From the NCBI RefSeq assembly GCF_041146345.1, contig NW_027191410.1, forward strand, positions 930,001 to 994,000: a DNA stretch of 64,000 nt. The letters run 5' to 3'. The notes beneath the pieces were generated by a model that ran no database searches, had not been told where the DNA came from, and saw nothing but the letters and a program-made list of their open reading frames with translations. Below are positions 52,725 through 64,000 of the stretch, in pieces (position 1 is the first letter of the stretch; each line of letters starts with the position of its first letter). A program made the position numbers and the translations under genes. This DNA is from Neodothiora populina. Its lineage: Eukaryota.

Positions 52725-54275
52725 AGCTCGCATAGACACGACTCGACACCCGACCGCTAGAGACGTTCAAGGCTCTCCTCTGTCCTTTGAATCACTTAAG
52801 AGGACACCCTCGGCATACGTGTATACACAGTACACCACCCGCAAATCTGGTTGGTACAATAAGCTAGATGATCTCCCATATTCCTCATTATACCCTGAAT
52901 ATATAAACACATGCAAATATAAAAAAACAATATCGAATCTTACCTAGTAAAGCGTTGTCACTATTGCATGCGCACACATCAAGCTCCGTCCGTGAAATGA
53001 AGATGGATCCGGAATACGAAATGACACCCAGAAAGATATCCTGTTGTAGAATGGGCGCAACGAAGCCACTGTACCTTCCTGGTTAATGAGAAGGGCATGT
53101 AGTGCGCAACACACTCGTGCTTACAATTATCCCTACCTAAGGTACCTACCTCACAGTAAGGTACTGTATGGCCAGACCTCACCTCAAGCCCCTCAGGAAA
53201 TGCATGTACATGGACTTGCAAGACGATCAGGGCACTTAGAAAGTTTTGTAGACCTGCGGTAGACAGGTACGTGCCCGCAATCGATTGTGGGGTCGATGAG
53301 TGTGGTGGGGATAAGGTCAGATGCAAAGATCAGGTACGAAGCAGTAGCGACCAAGGTACCGTGCCGAACGGGAAGTCTAGGTATGCCTTCGCCCACTCAT
53401 TTATTCACTCGTTCTGTCATACACTCGGTCGACGACATACTGTCCTTTGACGCGCACACGTCGTTGTTCTCTACCATTCATTACCTCTCACCCCATCTGG
53501 ATCTCTTGCGCTCGACGTCATTCATATTTAATGATGGTAGCGTAGCTTCTTCATTCGGTCGACAATACACACGCTGTATTACCTACTCTTCACATTACTT
53601 GATCGAAGTCTTAATCGTTGGGAGCAAAAGGTGAGTCATGATAGGTAACTTATGGTTTTCGAGTTCTGTATTTCGATCAGAGAAAAAAGCTAGAGTTAAA
53701 GAGAGAGCTAGAGCTACCTATGTACCATATCCGCTTCCCTTCTCCAGACACGTGCCCATTTCTTTCGTATCTGTATCTGTTTTCCTCCGTTTCCCTCTTT
53801 GCCCTTTTTGTTTCCTCAGTTATCTTAAAAACACCAAGAAGAAGAAATAAAAACTTGAAAAAATCGGATAAAATCCAAACAACATATACGCAAACAGACA
53901 TAAAAGGTTTGGAAAAACGCACACGTCTACACGGGATTCCATCTTCGAAAGGATCTTGCAAACAAGCAGACAAAAAAATAATACACCAAAATGGGGGATT
54001 TTCCCTCTTTTCTCTTGAAATCTTTTTCTACAGAACTGCAGGTCCGGCCCGCGGTATCGTGTCGTCAACGCTAGCTCGACCGCAGCCTGTCGCATGATGG
54101 CTGCGAGGCCATTTGAAATGAAGATACACTGCGGGTTTGTGGAAAATGAAACGCAAAATAAAAAACAACAACTCAATAACTAATTTGTAATGGGGGGAAT
54201 CTCAATGCAACGCCTCGTTAGATGCAACCGTCACTCAAAGTCCGCTGCATATCGCCCGCATGCTTGTTCTTTCCA

Positions 54276-55976
54276 TCAGTGGTGGGCACCGTTGTGTCGG
54301 AGACGGCGGTGCTGCTGGTGGTGGTCGAGGTGGCGGCGAGCCTTGGCGTTAGCAGTCTCGGTTGCGGTTGCAGTAGCGGTGACTTCTGCGATGACAGTAA
54401 CATCAACCTCCTCAATGTACATCTCGATAACTTGGCCATCCTGGGTCATGGTCGAAGTGGCGACAATGTCGTCAGAGCTACCGTCGGCATCTGCAACGGA
54501 GGCGGCGACGGTGACTTGTGATCCAGAGGACACACTGGCGGAGGAAGGAGGGTAGCTTGAAACAGTGTTGGCAACAAGGATACCGCCACCGTACTTGTCG
54601 GTGATAGAGGCAGTTGCGGCAGAGTAAGTCAGAGTGGGCACGACGGCAGAGATGACTGCGGATGCGGACAGAGATACTGCAGCCGAAGAGCTGGAGGGTG
54701 CAGCACCACCAGTCGAAGAAGAACCGCCGCTACCAAGACCCAGAGTCTTGCCGCCAGGAAGGACAACAGGGTAGATGGTGGCGTAACCGGGACCGGCTTG
54801 AATAGGAACGGAAACGGGAAGACCATCGTCAAGGGGCCCTTCGCAGTCCTCATCGGCAAGAACCTCGGGCATTTCGAAGGTGCATTGTGCAGCCGTGCTG
54901 TCATCCTGAATGTTGAAGAGGGGACAGTCCTCGATTTCGCCAGAGGCGTTGGTGCAGGTATCGACTGCGTTCTGGAGGAAATCCACAGACTCCCATCCAG
55001 TGATGAAATCACCGTGGTATCCATATCCTGGACAATGTCAGTCACCTGGTCTCAACAACTTGACAATGCTCTGGATTCACTTACCAGTTGGGTCACCGTG
55101 AGAGAGGGAAAATTGACCATCAACACCAGCGAAAGCATGGGTGTTCCAAATGGTCTCGTAGAAGAGGGAAGGGAGCTTGGTCTTGAATCCTTCAGGACAC
55201 TCGCCAGTCATGACCTGGCTGGGGAACGCAACGTGCGAACGGTGGTCGTCGGAGTCGAGGTCCTTTCCGTTCCAGCAGCTGGGAAACATGAGCTCGAAAC
55301 GAACACCGTCAAGGCAGTTGGCGTCGAGATAGCTCTTGTCGGGCAAGAAGTGGCGGTACAGAGAAGGCTCTGCAGCGGCGGCGTAGTTCATACAGTTGAA
55401 GCCCAAGGCCTTCTGCTGGAGGGCCTTCTGGCTTGCCTGGTCACCGCTCCAGTCACTCTTGGGAGGGTCGGGAACGGGCCACTTGAAGTCACGAAGACGC
55501 TTGTCACCAGAAATCATCTGGAAACCTTCGGGGAAAGCAGTGATCTTGCCATCAGGGTCACTGGTGTCGGAGTAGAGAAGGTAGTATGCGAGCATACCAC
55601 CGACTTGAGGGACGATGACACTGCTTCCGTTGGGGTATATGAAGTGGAGAGAAGGAGTCCAGTAGGCAGACTTGTCTTGAGTAACCTCGCAAGATGTGCA
55701 GTTTGATGCCATCAGGTCAGAAGAGGTGGAAGACATTCCGAAGTCTTTTCGGGTTGTCAGTGCTCGAACAAATGGTTTCACGACGAGGAGGGGTCACATA
55801 CTGCTGCCACCGTGGATGGCGTGGGTGTGGTCAGAGACCTCGCCAGGATCCATAATGGGGTCGAGACGACCAAGGCCGGTACGCGAACGACATGGCATAC
55901 GCCAGAAGGCATCGACACCGGAGGCAGACAACAGAGTGACTGCCACCGAGAGGGCGGTGGTCTTGGAGCTGACCAT
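54276..55976 (-). CDS. Secreted DUF1996 domain protein with Ser/Thr-rich linker; exons 55976-55802, 55744-55085, 55027-54276
   Basis: Signal peptide, AFWRMPC, RLDPIMDPG..HTHAIHG, DKSAYWTP, FPSCWNG and GDPTGYGYHGDF. Confidence 0.92.
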
Positions 55977-57301
55977 TTTGAATAGTAGTGCAAGGGTGGT
56001 GGTAACAAATCGATAAGACGCGCAGGCGCGACAGCGAAGAGTCAGCTTAAGAGGGATGCAATCGACCGTTTCCTCAGTTGTCGAGGTAATGTATCGGTGA
56101 TTTGCTGGGCAGAAAGAGCCGACGCCAATCGAACAGAATCGCCGAGACGGTTAGGAAGGCGATAATACGTGGCTGGCAGCTGGATAAGGACGAGTGGTCG
56201 TTTTCTTGCTTGCAGCTGACGGGTAGAACTTGATCAAAGGAATGTAAGAGGTGAAGTGAGGGTAATGAGCGAAAGTTGCCAAGCGAGTATATCGTGGCAG
56301 AATGCTGGATAATGAATGTAACAGTGAGATTTAAAGCACGTCGGGGAAAAAGAGTAACAAGAGGAAAGAAAGTGGGACTAAAGACAGTAGTCGAAACAGC
56401 ACGGGGAGATTGGAATAATATGAAATTTACGAGAGACCATATCAGACGGTGAATCTCAATCAGGGGAGTTGTGTACAAACAGCCCGTGGCGCGTTAGGGG
56501 CACGGGCCCGGATGTAATTTCGCGGCGTGCTGGATGGCCAATGAGGGCCTGTCACTCCACAAACTGTGAAACGACCACGCAGATGTTCTAAAATCGTAAT
56601 GCACAATCTGAAGCACTCGGCCTCGTCATATGACTCCGATCAGCCACTTGTCTGGCCGTTCGGGCAGGTTTCCCTACACGCGGGTCATGCTACTTTTTGG
56701 GGTCTTCACAATCCTTGCTTCTACACAAAAGAGAGAGATTTGTTCAGGGGTTTCCAATGAACATGGTGAGCCTCTGGCTATGATGACGGAGACCGGCAAC
56801 GAGGGATCATAAAAAACGGTCCACTAAATAATGACGGGCAATCTGCTTTGTTATTATAACAATTTCCCGACATGAAGATCCATGCGCCCAATAAGGCTTC
56901 CAAGTTCCGTTGCAAAGACCACAAGCGGAGTCCGGGTTACGAGGGCTCGCTCCAAGGACAAGAAAGCTTAGCACGACTTCTCGAAACGGGAAATCGTAGA
57001 AGGGAGGCGAAAGAGAGTAGAGCAGAAGCGCGCGAGAGAGGGAGAGAGAGGGAGAGAGAAAGAAGCAGTTCCCCGCGGTGCCGAAGCAAGAATAGTACCT
57101 AGAGGGCCACCTTTCTTTGGTTCTCGGTACCAAAAAAAGTAATGCATGCATGACATCTTCCAACGGTTTATTTCCATGTCGCGTTCTTGTTTACCTTTCC
57201 AACTTCTTAGCTATCCATCTGCTTTTCTCCAGCGTCTATAACGTCGCAATAAGCGTAAAGGTAGACGTAACGGTTCATGTAGAGAGCCCCGACCACCCCT
57301 C

Positions 57302-57329
57302 CTACTACTACTACTACTACTACTACTAC
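57302..57329. repeat. (CTA)9 microsatellite
   Basis: Seen directly in the sequence. Confidence 0.9.
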
Positions 57330-59834
57330 AACCTACTACTAACTACCGCCCCCTGCCCTTTCGCCGTTTCGTGAGTCGAGCCCTACAACGGGTCCCGACT
57401 TCTGACGATTAAAGTGAGGGGTTGGTTTCCGGCTTGGTGTGTGTTGTGTGTGATGATATTCTTTCCTTGTTTCGCGCATCTGTTCTTGTTATGATCACCA
57501 AGGAGGGGCGGCCTCTTTTGGTGTTGTCTACTCATTCCGTTTCCCGAACGGTGGTGCTTGGGCCCCCTTGCGAGTCCCCACGCGACGATTCCGATCACAA
57601 TAAAATGGGGTTGCGAACTTATTTTCTCATGAACTGCACTCTACTGTATTGTAGATCCCACGAGAAGGGAGAGGGGAAGAAGAAGCTTTGGCGGTTGTGC
57701 TCTGGCTGGCCCGCAGCCGCCGTTCGTCCTCTCCAACAGCTTGAGAAAGTGAGAGGCAAGGGAGGTGATTTGCTGCTCAACGGTGTCATTGCGATACACG
57801 ATAGGATATTACGATGACGAGGCTCTCCGTTGAGGGAAAACCCGGTTTTCGTTACGTGCTCTGACTTTACCCGTCGTTTCTTGCCTCTATGACAGGGGTC
57901 AGGTCAAGTGAGGCGAAGGAAGAGGGCCACAAAACTCTTTTCGCTCATGATGAAAATGGCTCATATGAAGCTGGACTGTTCTCTTTCTGGGACTTTTGAC
58001 CGAGGCAACAGGGCAAAGCAAAGGCAAGGGTGGAATGATTGGTGGGTGCGCGTACAATTATGGAAATTGGACTGTGCAGATCAAATATACCATACAGTAA
58101 GCACTACGACCATCCCATCCAGCTCGGCCAGTCCATCTTCCAGGCCTTCTCCCCGAATCACGGAGCAGAGTGATGCTTTGTCTTCTATCGTCGATGCATA
58201 GTGCTGTAAGTCTGGTTGGTATCACGTATCGTATCCATCACTATCGATTGTGGCGGGAAATCGGATGCGAAGGAAGGATTAAATGTCTCTTCTTCGCGTG
58301 ACGGTACAAAGCCAATTCCTCTCCCTTAAGATCACGTTATAAAAAGGGCTTGTTCGTTCCAATCGATCTGTCTATGTGTTGCATCATAGTGATCGTGCTG
58401 GAGGATAGGACCCCGAGGGGTGCAACCGATCGTGTTTGTGTGTGATACCCAGATCGTCCAGAGTGCCATGTCATAGACCTGCGGGCAACCTCCCCTTCCT
58501 CCTTCATGCTCTTCTTCACGGTCCTACCTAGGCATCCTTGTGCTAATCAAAGCCAAAAATGAGCAACTCTATTGCATTAGATGAGAGAGAGATGCCAAAG
58601 AGGTCTCCCATCTCAAAACACTAATAGACTCAACCGACCCTAACCTGTGCACCATACCTCGTACAGATTATGAATTCTACTGGTAGTCAAGGGTTTCACA
58701 TTTGTCTCGGTAAGTCAGGGAGTGAGACGAACAGCGTTCGCTGGGCGAAGGCCCAATTGTCTGGGAGGAGGATCCCACGCAGTCCTCGTCGTCTTCGGTC
58801 TCAAGTCCACGCATCTCAGACCTTGGCCTGAACACTATTTCTTATGTTCCTCCTACCAACGCACGTACTGTGCCGAAAGCTTTGTCGTCTGGGAGAGAGA
58901 CAAACTTGTGCGCTGTCCTCGTCTCATCTTGACGTCTTGTTGTCGCAAGGTGGAACCGCGCACTTTCGACCATACAACAAGCGGATTGTTCGTTAAATTT
59001 ATTTTCTCTCTTTTTCGATCCGAGATCAGATCTCAATCTGGGCGTGGCGACTTCTTTGGTGTCTTCGGTATCGGCTGAAGCGGTTACTTACCTCATTTTG
59101 TTTCACGGCACTTTCGAGGCGTTCAGGGGCGGTGGCGGTGGACCAGGTAGTTGTTGGTCTTCTGCATATAGTACGATACGTGATTCAGAGGCGCTAGAGA
59201 TTGCGGCATATGGATTGTCTTCTTGGCCTCGAGCAATATAATAAGCGTACATTAAAGTAAGGAGTCCAATTACTGTATATGATCACTACTGTATGTAGGC
59301 AATTCGCTATCCTTGATGACAGTGGCAATAGGATCATATCATCGAATGTGGAGAATCGGGACCGTAGCTTTGCTGTCCTCGTGTTCTCGAAAAGTCATGG
59401 AATATGGCATGATATTCAAGCCTAGAATCTATCTCCTCGAAGGCACACTAACGTCGAGATGCTTTCCTTGGCAATATCGAGCTGCCTTCGTTTCTAAGCT
59501 GCACTTCCGCGTAGGGATGGAATTACATTGGCCTCCCTGAGTTTTGTACCTTGGGTAGCAAGGGGCCTTTGGCTTATGCGCGGAATGGCCGTTCAAGTTG
59601 ATGGGTAGCGGCATCACGTCTTTAGTATTACCTTTCGAATCCGAGTCCGAAGGATACTGTATGCAGGAATGATTGTGTACCTTATGAATCCAAGTCAGAC
59701 TAATGCCATTACTGTAGTTCGACAGCCCCGCGCTGTCTGACGGTAGACGGACAGGGCCCCACCCTTTTGCTCACAGGGCAAACACCACTTCTCTACGCGC
59801 TACACGATGTGACGCCTCAGGCAGCAAACAGCGG

Positions 59835-59881
59835 GCAGTGAGCAGTGGGCAGTGGGCAGTGGGCAGTGGGCAGTGGGCAGT
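59835..59881. repeat. Heptamer tandem repeat (GCAGTGG)~6.5
   Basis: Seen directly about 310-350 bp upstream of SGT2. Confidence 0.92.
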
Positions 59882-59950
59882 ATGAATTAGTGACAGAGTG
59901 GAACACGGAACAGAGGTGTCTAATGACAGAGTAAAGTCGCCCCTCTTGGC

Positions 59951-59964
59951 GGAACGTTCCAGAC
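59951..59964. promoter_or_regulatory. Heat-shock-element-like site (gGAAcgTTCcaGAc) upstream of SGT2
   Basis: Two perfect inverted nGAAn units plus one imperfect unit, upstream of a co-chaperone gene. Confidence 0.4.
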
Positions 59965-60186
59965 CAAAGGTTAAGAGTACCTTACTGTACTGTACCTTGC
60001 TGTGAGCGCGACAAGGTCAGTCCGAAGCCTCACGCCTGTAGCTGTAGGTAGGGTAATTTAGTTTACTCTACTTAAACAAAGCCAGGTATCCATCATTGCA
60101 TACTGAACCAATAAATTCCCATCCGCTTGACTCTTGATCCATACACAATCATAATCTTGTTGGCCAACACACATACAAAACACATC

Positions 60187-61384
60187 ATGTCTGACTCGCG
60201 CAAAAGACTGGCACTAGCCATCATCGACTTCCTGAACGCATCAGTCAAGGATGGCACTCTTCAGTCCGAGGACGCAGAGTCGATAGATATCGCCTCATCG
60301 TGCATCGCCGAGGCCTTCCACGTCGACCCCACCGATGAGACCGCCATGAAGGACGCCCTGGGCGGCCAGAACCTGCTCAAGATCTACGGCGTATACGAGA
60401 AACTCAAGGGAAAGAGCACAGCAAGCACCGAGGGCTCGAGCAGCGCTCAGGAAGGCCGCCCCAGCAGCCCCGTCGCTGGCAGCGCTTCTTCCGACTCGGC
60501 ATCCAAGACCGGCGGTCCCACCGACGAGTCCGAGAAGCTCAAGGGCCAGGGCAACGCCGCCATGCAGAAGAAGGACTACACCACCGCCATCGACTTCTAC
60601 ACCCAGGCACTGGAGATCGCACCCTTGAACCCCATCTACCTGTCCAACCGCGCGGCCGCCTACTCTGGCGCCGGCCAGCACGAGTTCGCCAAGAACGACG
60701 CAGAGCTCGCCACGGCGACCGACCCCAAGTACACCAAGGCCTGGAGCAGACTCGGACTGGCGAGATTCGCCCTCGGCGATGCGAAGGGCAGCATGGAGGC
60801 CTACAAGGCCGGCATCGACGCAGAGGGCAACGGCGGCAGCGACGCCATGAAGAGAGGTTACGAGACGGCTAAGAGAAGAGTCTCCGAGGAGGAGGGGCTC
60901 TCTGATCTGCAGGGCTCGACTGCCCGCTCTACCTCGCCTCCCGCTGGTGGCGCAGGCGGTATGCCCGACCTCTCTTCTCTAGCTGGTATGCTCGGCGGTG
61001 GCGGCGGTGGTGCTGGAGGCATGCCCGATCTCGGTGCCCTGATGCAGAACCCCATGATGAGACAGATGGCACAGAGCTTGATGAGCAACCCGGACATGAT
61101 GAACAACATCATGAACAACCCGCGTCTGCGAGAGATGGCCAACAGCTTCGGCGGTGGTGCCGGTGCCGGTGCCGGTGCCGGTGCTGGTGCTGGCGCTGGT
61201 AGCGGTGGTGAGGGCGGTGCCGGAGGTCCTGATCTGTCGGCTCTCCTGAATGACCCCAATATCGCCAACATGTGAGTGTCCTTCCTCTCTTCACCTAAGA
61301 AGCCTTCAAAAAACTTTAACAGAAACTAATGACTTGATCAGGGCAAGAAACTTCATGGGCGGCATGGGACGTGGAGGACAATAG
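60187..61384 (+). CDS. SGT2: TPR co-chaperone Sgt2 (GET pathway); exons 60187-61271, 61342-61384
   Basis: N-terminal dimerisation domain (KRLALAIIDFL), three TPRs (KGQGNAAM, YLSNRAAAY, YTKAWSRLG), and an M/N-rich STI1-like C-terminus. Confidence 0.95.
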
Positions 61385-61667
61385 AAAGGAGCGCATTATG
61401 ATATAACCAGGGGCTTTTGAACACGGAAAGGAGTAATCTTCACGTGCAATGAACAGAATGCAATGATAGCAGCCTTTTTTTCTTCTCTCTAATCATACTG
61501 GATACAGCTCGAGTGCGTGAAAATACTTGCACGTCTGTGAAATGTTATATTTGTACATGTGGAGACTTGACAACAGCGTTCAGTGCCAGCCACAAAGCCC
61601 CGCGACTAGAAATCGACGAGGTGGATAGACAGTATGAAAGAACAAGCGAACAACCAGCCCTCCACAT

Positions 61668-62187
61668 TCAACCCAGTCTTCTGGGCTTGGGACTCCTGTT
61701 GCCACCAAACTTGAGTCTGGTCGCATCCTTGATGGAGACAATCTTGTTCCTGATCAGCCTCCCCTCCTGGCCCAAGATAGCCTTTGACACGGCATCTCTG
61801 CCGGCGCCGAACCCCCTCAGGACGACCTCAATGTTGTTCAAATCACGCAACAGACCCCTCTCCTGGATCTGCTTGAGCATGAACGCAGCGAGCTGGTACG
61901 CGGCGTCGTAGCTGCCTCTGCCGGCTTTCTTGAAGCCCAGGTTGCCCGCGGACATGGACATGAGCACGTCGATGGTCTTCGAGGCGTCCGTCATGCTCTT
62001 CTTCGGCGGCTGCGTCAGCGTGATGTGCGTGTTGTGCTTGGTGGCGTAGACGTGTATGCGATGGGGCTGGACGTGTGCGGAGCGTTGTAGAGGGCTGGCA
62101 GGGTAGATCGGGGGAGGGCCAGAGGAGGAGGTGGTGCGCCCGGGGTTTATGAGCGATGAGATATCGAGGGAGCTCATTGGCGACGAC

Positions 62188-62221
<34 letters not shown>

Positions 62222-62441
62222 TCGAGGCCGAAGTTGTTGAAGGCGAAGAACTGGACGCTGACGATGACGACGACGGTGTGTTCCTCAGATAACGCATTGC
62301 GGCATCGTCGCCTGCTGCCTGGTTGGTCGACGAGGAAGATATCGAGCGGACTGCGGCGGCGGTCGTGGTGGGCAATTGTGATGTTTTTGAGCCGAGCGTC
62401 CGTCTGCACGAACGGCAGACGAAGGATGTGAGCGCATTCAT
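61668..62441 (-). CDS. MRPS18: Mitochondrial ribosomal protein uS11m
   Basis: HVYATKHNTHITLT, SAGNLGFKK, VVLRGFGAGR and DATRLKFGGNRSPKPRRLG; presequence and poly-Ser tract. Confidence 0.92.
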
Positions 62442-63032
62442 GGCGGCGTCGATCGAGAGGCGGGTGGCGGGGTGTGTGTGAGTGAATCGATGTTGCTGTA
62501 GAGTTGGCGAAAGCAGAAAGTTAACATGTCGAAGCACAGAAAGGCTTTGTGCACACAAGAAGTTGTGCACAGGATTATGCACGCGCCAAGCATAATATAC
62601 TTGTATGGTCATCCTGGAAGGAAAGAAGGCTCGAAAGAAACAGAAAGACGAGTGGACCCTTGACATACTCGACCCGATTTGCGGCGCTTTCTTTTGGTAA
62701 TCCATCTGCGATTGTCTTGTTCATATAGTAATTGCTGAAAGACTCTGTACTTGTCCGGACGTCTATCTTGTTGAAACTGAAACAGGGTGGAGCAAAAGAC
62801 TGCCTAGGTATCTTATCCATATTGTAGTCTTCACTGCTCTGTACCTTATTCTGAGTTGCGGCACGCGGCTACCTCCATCCCCGGTCGGTCACTGTATTAC
62901 AATATAATTCTGTCGGCTTCGAAGCTTGCCACAAGTCATCCCGTTCATCTTCATTAATTCACCTATTTTCCACGACACTTTCGCCGCTCGCTCTCGCGCG
63001 GAATATCCAATCATACTTTACAGAGGACTGCC

Positions 63033-64000
63033 ATGAGTGCTCTGGGCAGGAAAGCGCTCACGCTGGGGGTGGCCTCCAAGGTCGTTCCTTCCTCCAACTT
63101 ATTATCTACAAATGGCCGAACGGTGGCATATCGCCGGATATCTTCTCCTGCTCTACTAAATAATGCCCAACACTACCACAACTCATCCGCCTCTGCGGCG
63201 CGCCAATACAGCTCTTCTCTGACACCTTTGGGCCCTTCGGCGCTTCGCTCCCGATTTTTGCCTTCGACCATGTCCACGTCGATCCAGACAAGAAATGTCT
63301 CTTTCAAAGAAATGCAGAAGGAGCGACAGCGCCAAAGAGCCGGCCAGGCCGCCGCTGCCCCGAAAGAAGCCAAAGCCGCGCCCAAGTCTGAGCCTGAGGC
63401 CAAGGACGAGTCTGCCAAAGCCGCGCCCAAGTCTGAGGAGAAGGAATTTGATGCTGCAGAGGAGGCCTACCGTCGAGCAAGAGAAGAGGACGGCTTTGGT
63501 CAGAAGAAGGCAGAGCCAGAACCTGAGGAGAGCACAGGAGACAAAACCGAGGACCAGACAAAAGAAAAGAAGGCAGCGCCTCCACCACCAAAGCACGGTA
63601 ACAAGACTCCTTGGCAGGTCTTCACCGAGACTCTGCAGACGGAATTCAAGGCCTCCAAGGAGTGGAACGAGAGCCAACAACAACTCCAAGGCAGTCTTCA
63701 CGATTTCCAGCAGAACCCCAATGTGCAAAAGGCCAAGTCCGCCTACTCCAAGGCCACGGACGCCGCAACCTCTACCACCACCGCCGCTCTCAAGTCCACT
63801 GCCGGTGCCATTGGATCAGGCGCTGCCTGGACCTGGGACACCAGCGTCGTCAAGGGTCTGCGCAAGAGTGCCACTGTCGTGGGTTCTGGCCTGGAGAAGG
63901 CCACTAGACCCGTGCGTCAGACCGAGGCATACAAGAATGTCAAGGAAGTCATTGACGACGGAAGCTCGAGCCGCTACGGAGGATGGGTTGAGAAGGAGGA
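63033..64000 (+). CDS. TIM44: Mitochondrial import translocase subunit Tim44 (5' partial; runs off the window)
   Basis: My translation from ATG 63033 stays open to the window end: presequence, PPPPKHGNKTPWQVFTETLQTEFKASKEWNES and DDGSSSRYGGWVEKE. Absent from the ORF track because it has no stop in the window. Confidence 0.88.
   Translation, partial: MSALGRKALTLGVASKVVPSSNLLSTNGRTVAYRRISSPALLNNAQHYHNSSASAARQYSSSLTPLGPSALRSRFLPSTMSTSIQTRNVSFKEMQKERQRQRAGQAAAAPKEAKAAPKSEPEAKDESAKAAPKSEEKEFDAAEEAYRRAREEDGFGQKKAEPEPEESTGDKTEDQTKEKKAAPPPPKHGNKTPWQVFTETLQTEFKASKEWNESQQQLQGSLHDFQQNPNVQKAKSAYSKATDAATSTTTAALKSTAGAIGSGAAWTWDTSVVKGLRKSATVVGSGLEKATRPVRQTEAYKNVKEVIDDGSSSRYGGWVEKE

Noticed and set aside
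53600..54200. A/T-rich block with overlapping short ORFs
   Set aside because: Low-complexity 3'UTR/terminator region between convergent genes; no transposon ends or RIP-like relic recognised.
62442..62705. Upstream in-frame AUG extending uS11m by 88 aa
   Set aside because: The extension does not look coding and would bury a good presequence that starts at 62441 in strong context.
63370..63438. Direct repeat of about 24 bp (gccaaagccgcgcccaagtctgag)
   Set aside because: In-frame duplication within the disordered Tim44 N-terminal linker, not a mobile-element footprint.

Overview
This is a gene-dense, intron-containing region of a filamentous ascomycete (Pezizomycotina). A Eurotiomycete/black-yeast-like lineage is an inference from the protein sequences, not established. 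About 27 protein-coding genes were reconstructed by joining ORFs across GT..AG introns. In order: RluA-type pseudouridine synthase (RIB2/PUS9-like), small Cys-rich membrane protein, complex I NDUFS6, YjbQ/UPF0047, a hypothetical, CAND1, an uncharacterised mitochondrial membrane protein, a degenerate AIG2/GGCT-like protein, CDC48, SUS1/ENY2, STE50, epoxide hydrolase, RPC53, a hypothetical, a small secreted protein, GEP4, SmD3, IRC6, an ABCC transporter, an MDR reductase, a large VPS9-like protein, an ARO8-like aminotransferase (frameshifted as given), an LCCL protein, a DUF1996 protein, SGT2, mitochondrial uS11 and the 5' part of TIM44. No tRNA, rRNA, transposon or CRISPR was found. The main unexplained signals are: (1) two related heptamers, TACAGTA and TACCTTA, strongly enriched and clustered in intergenic DNA; (2) a 222-codon AUG-less in-frame extension upstream of STE50, suggesting non-AUG initiation; (3) a single-base frameshift in the aminotransferase; (4) an upstream in-frame AUG adding a membrane anchor to YjbQ; (5) G-quadruplex-forming heptamer arrays in two promoters; (6) Puf-type 3'UTR elements on mitochondrial genes. 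All family calls are by recognition of motifs, without database searches.
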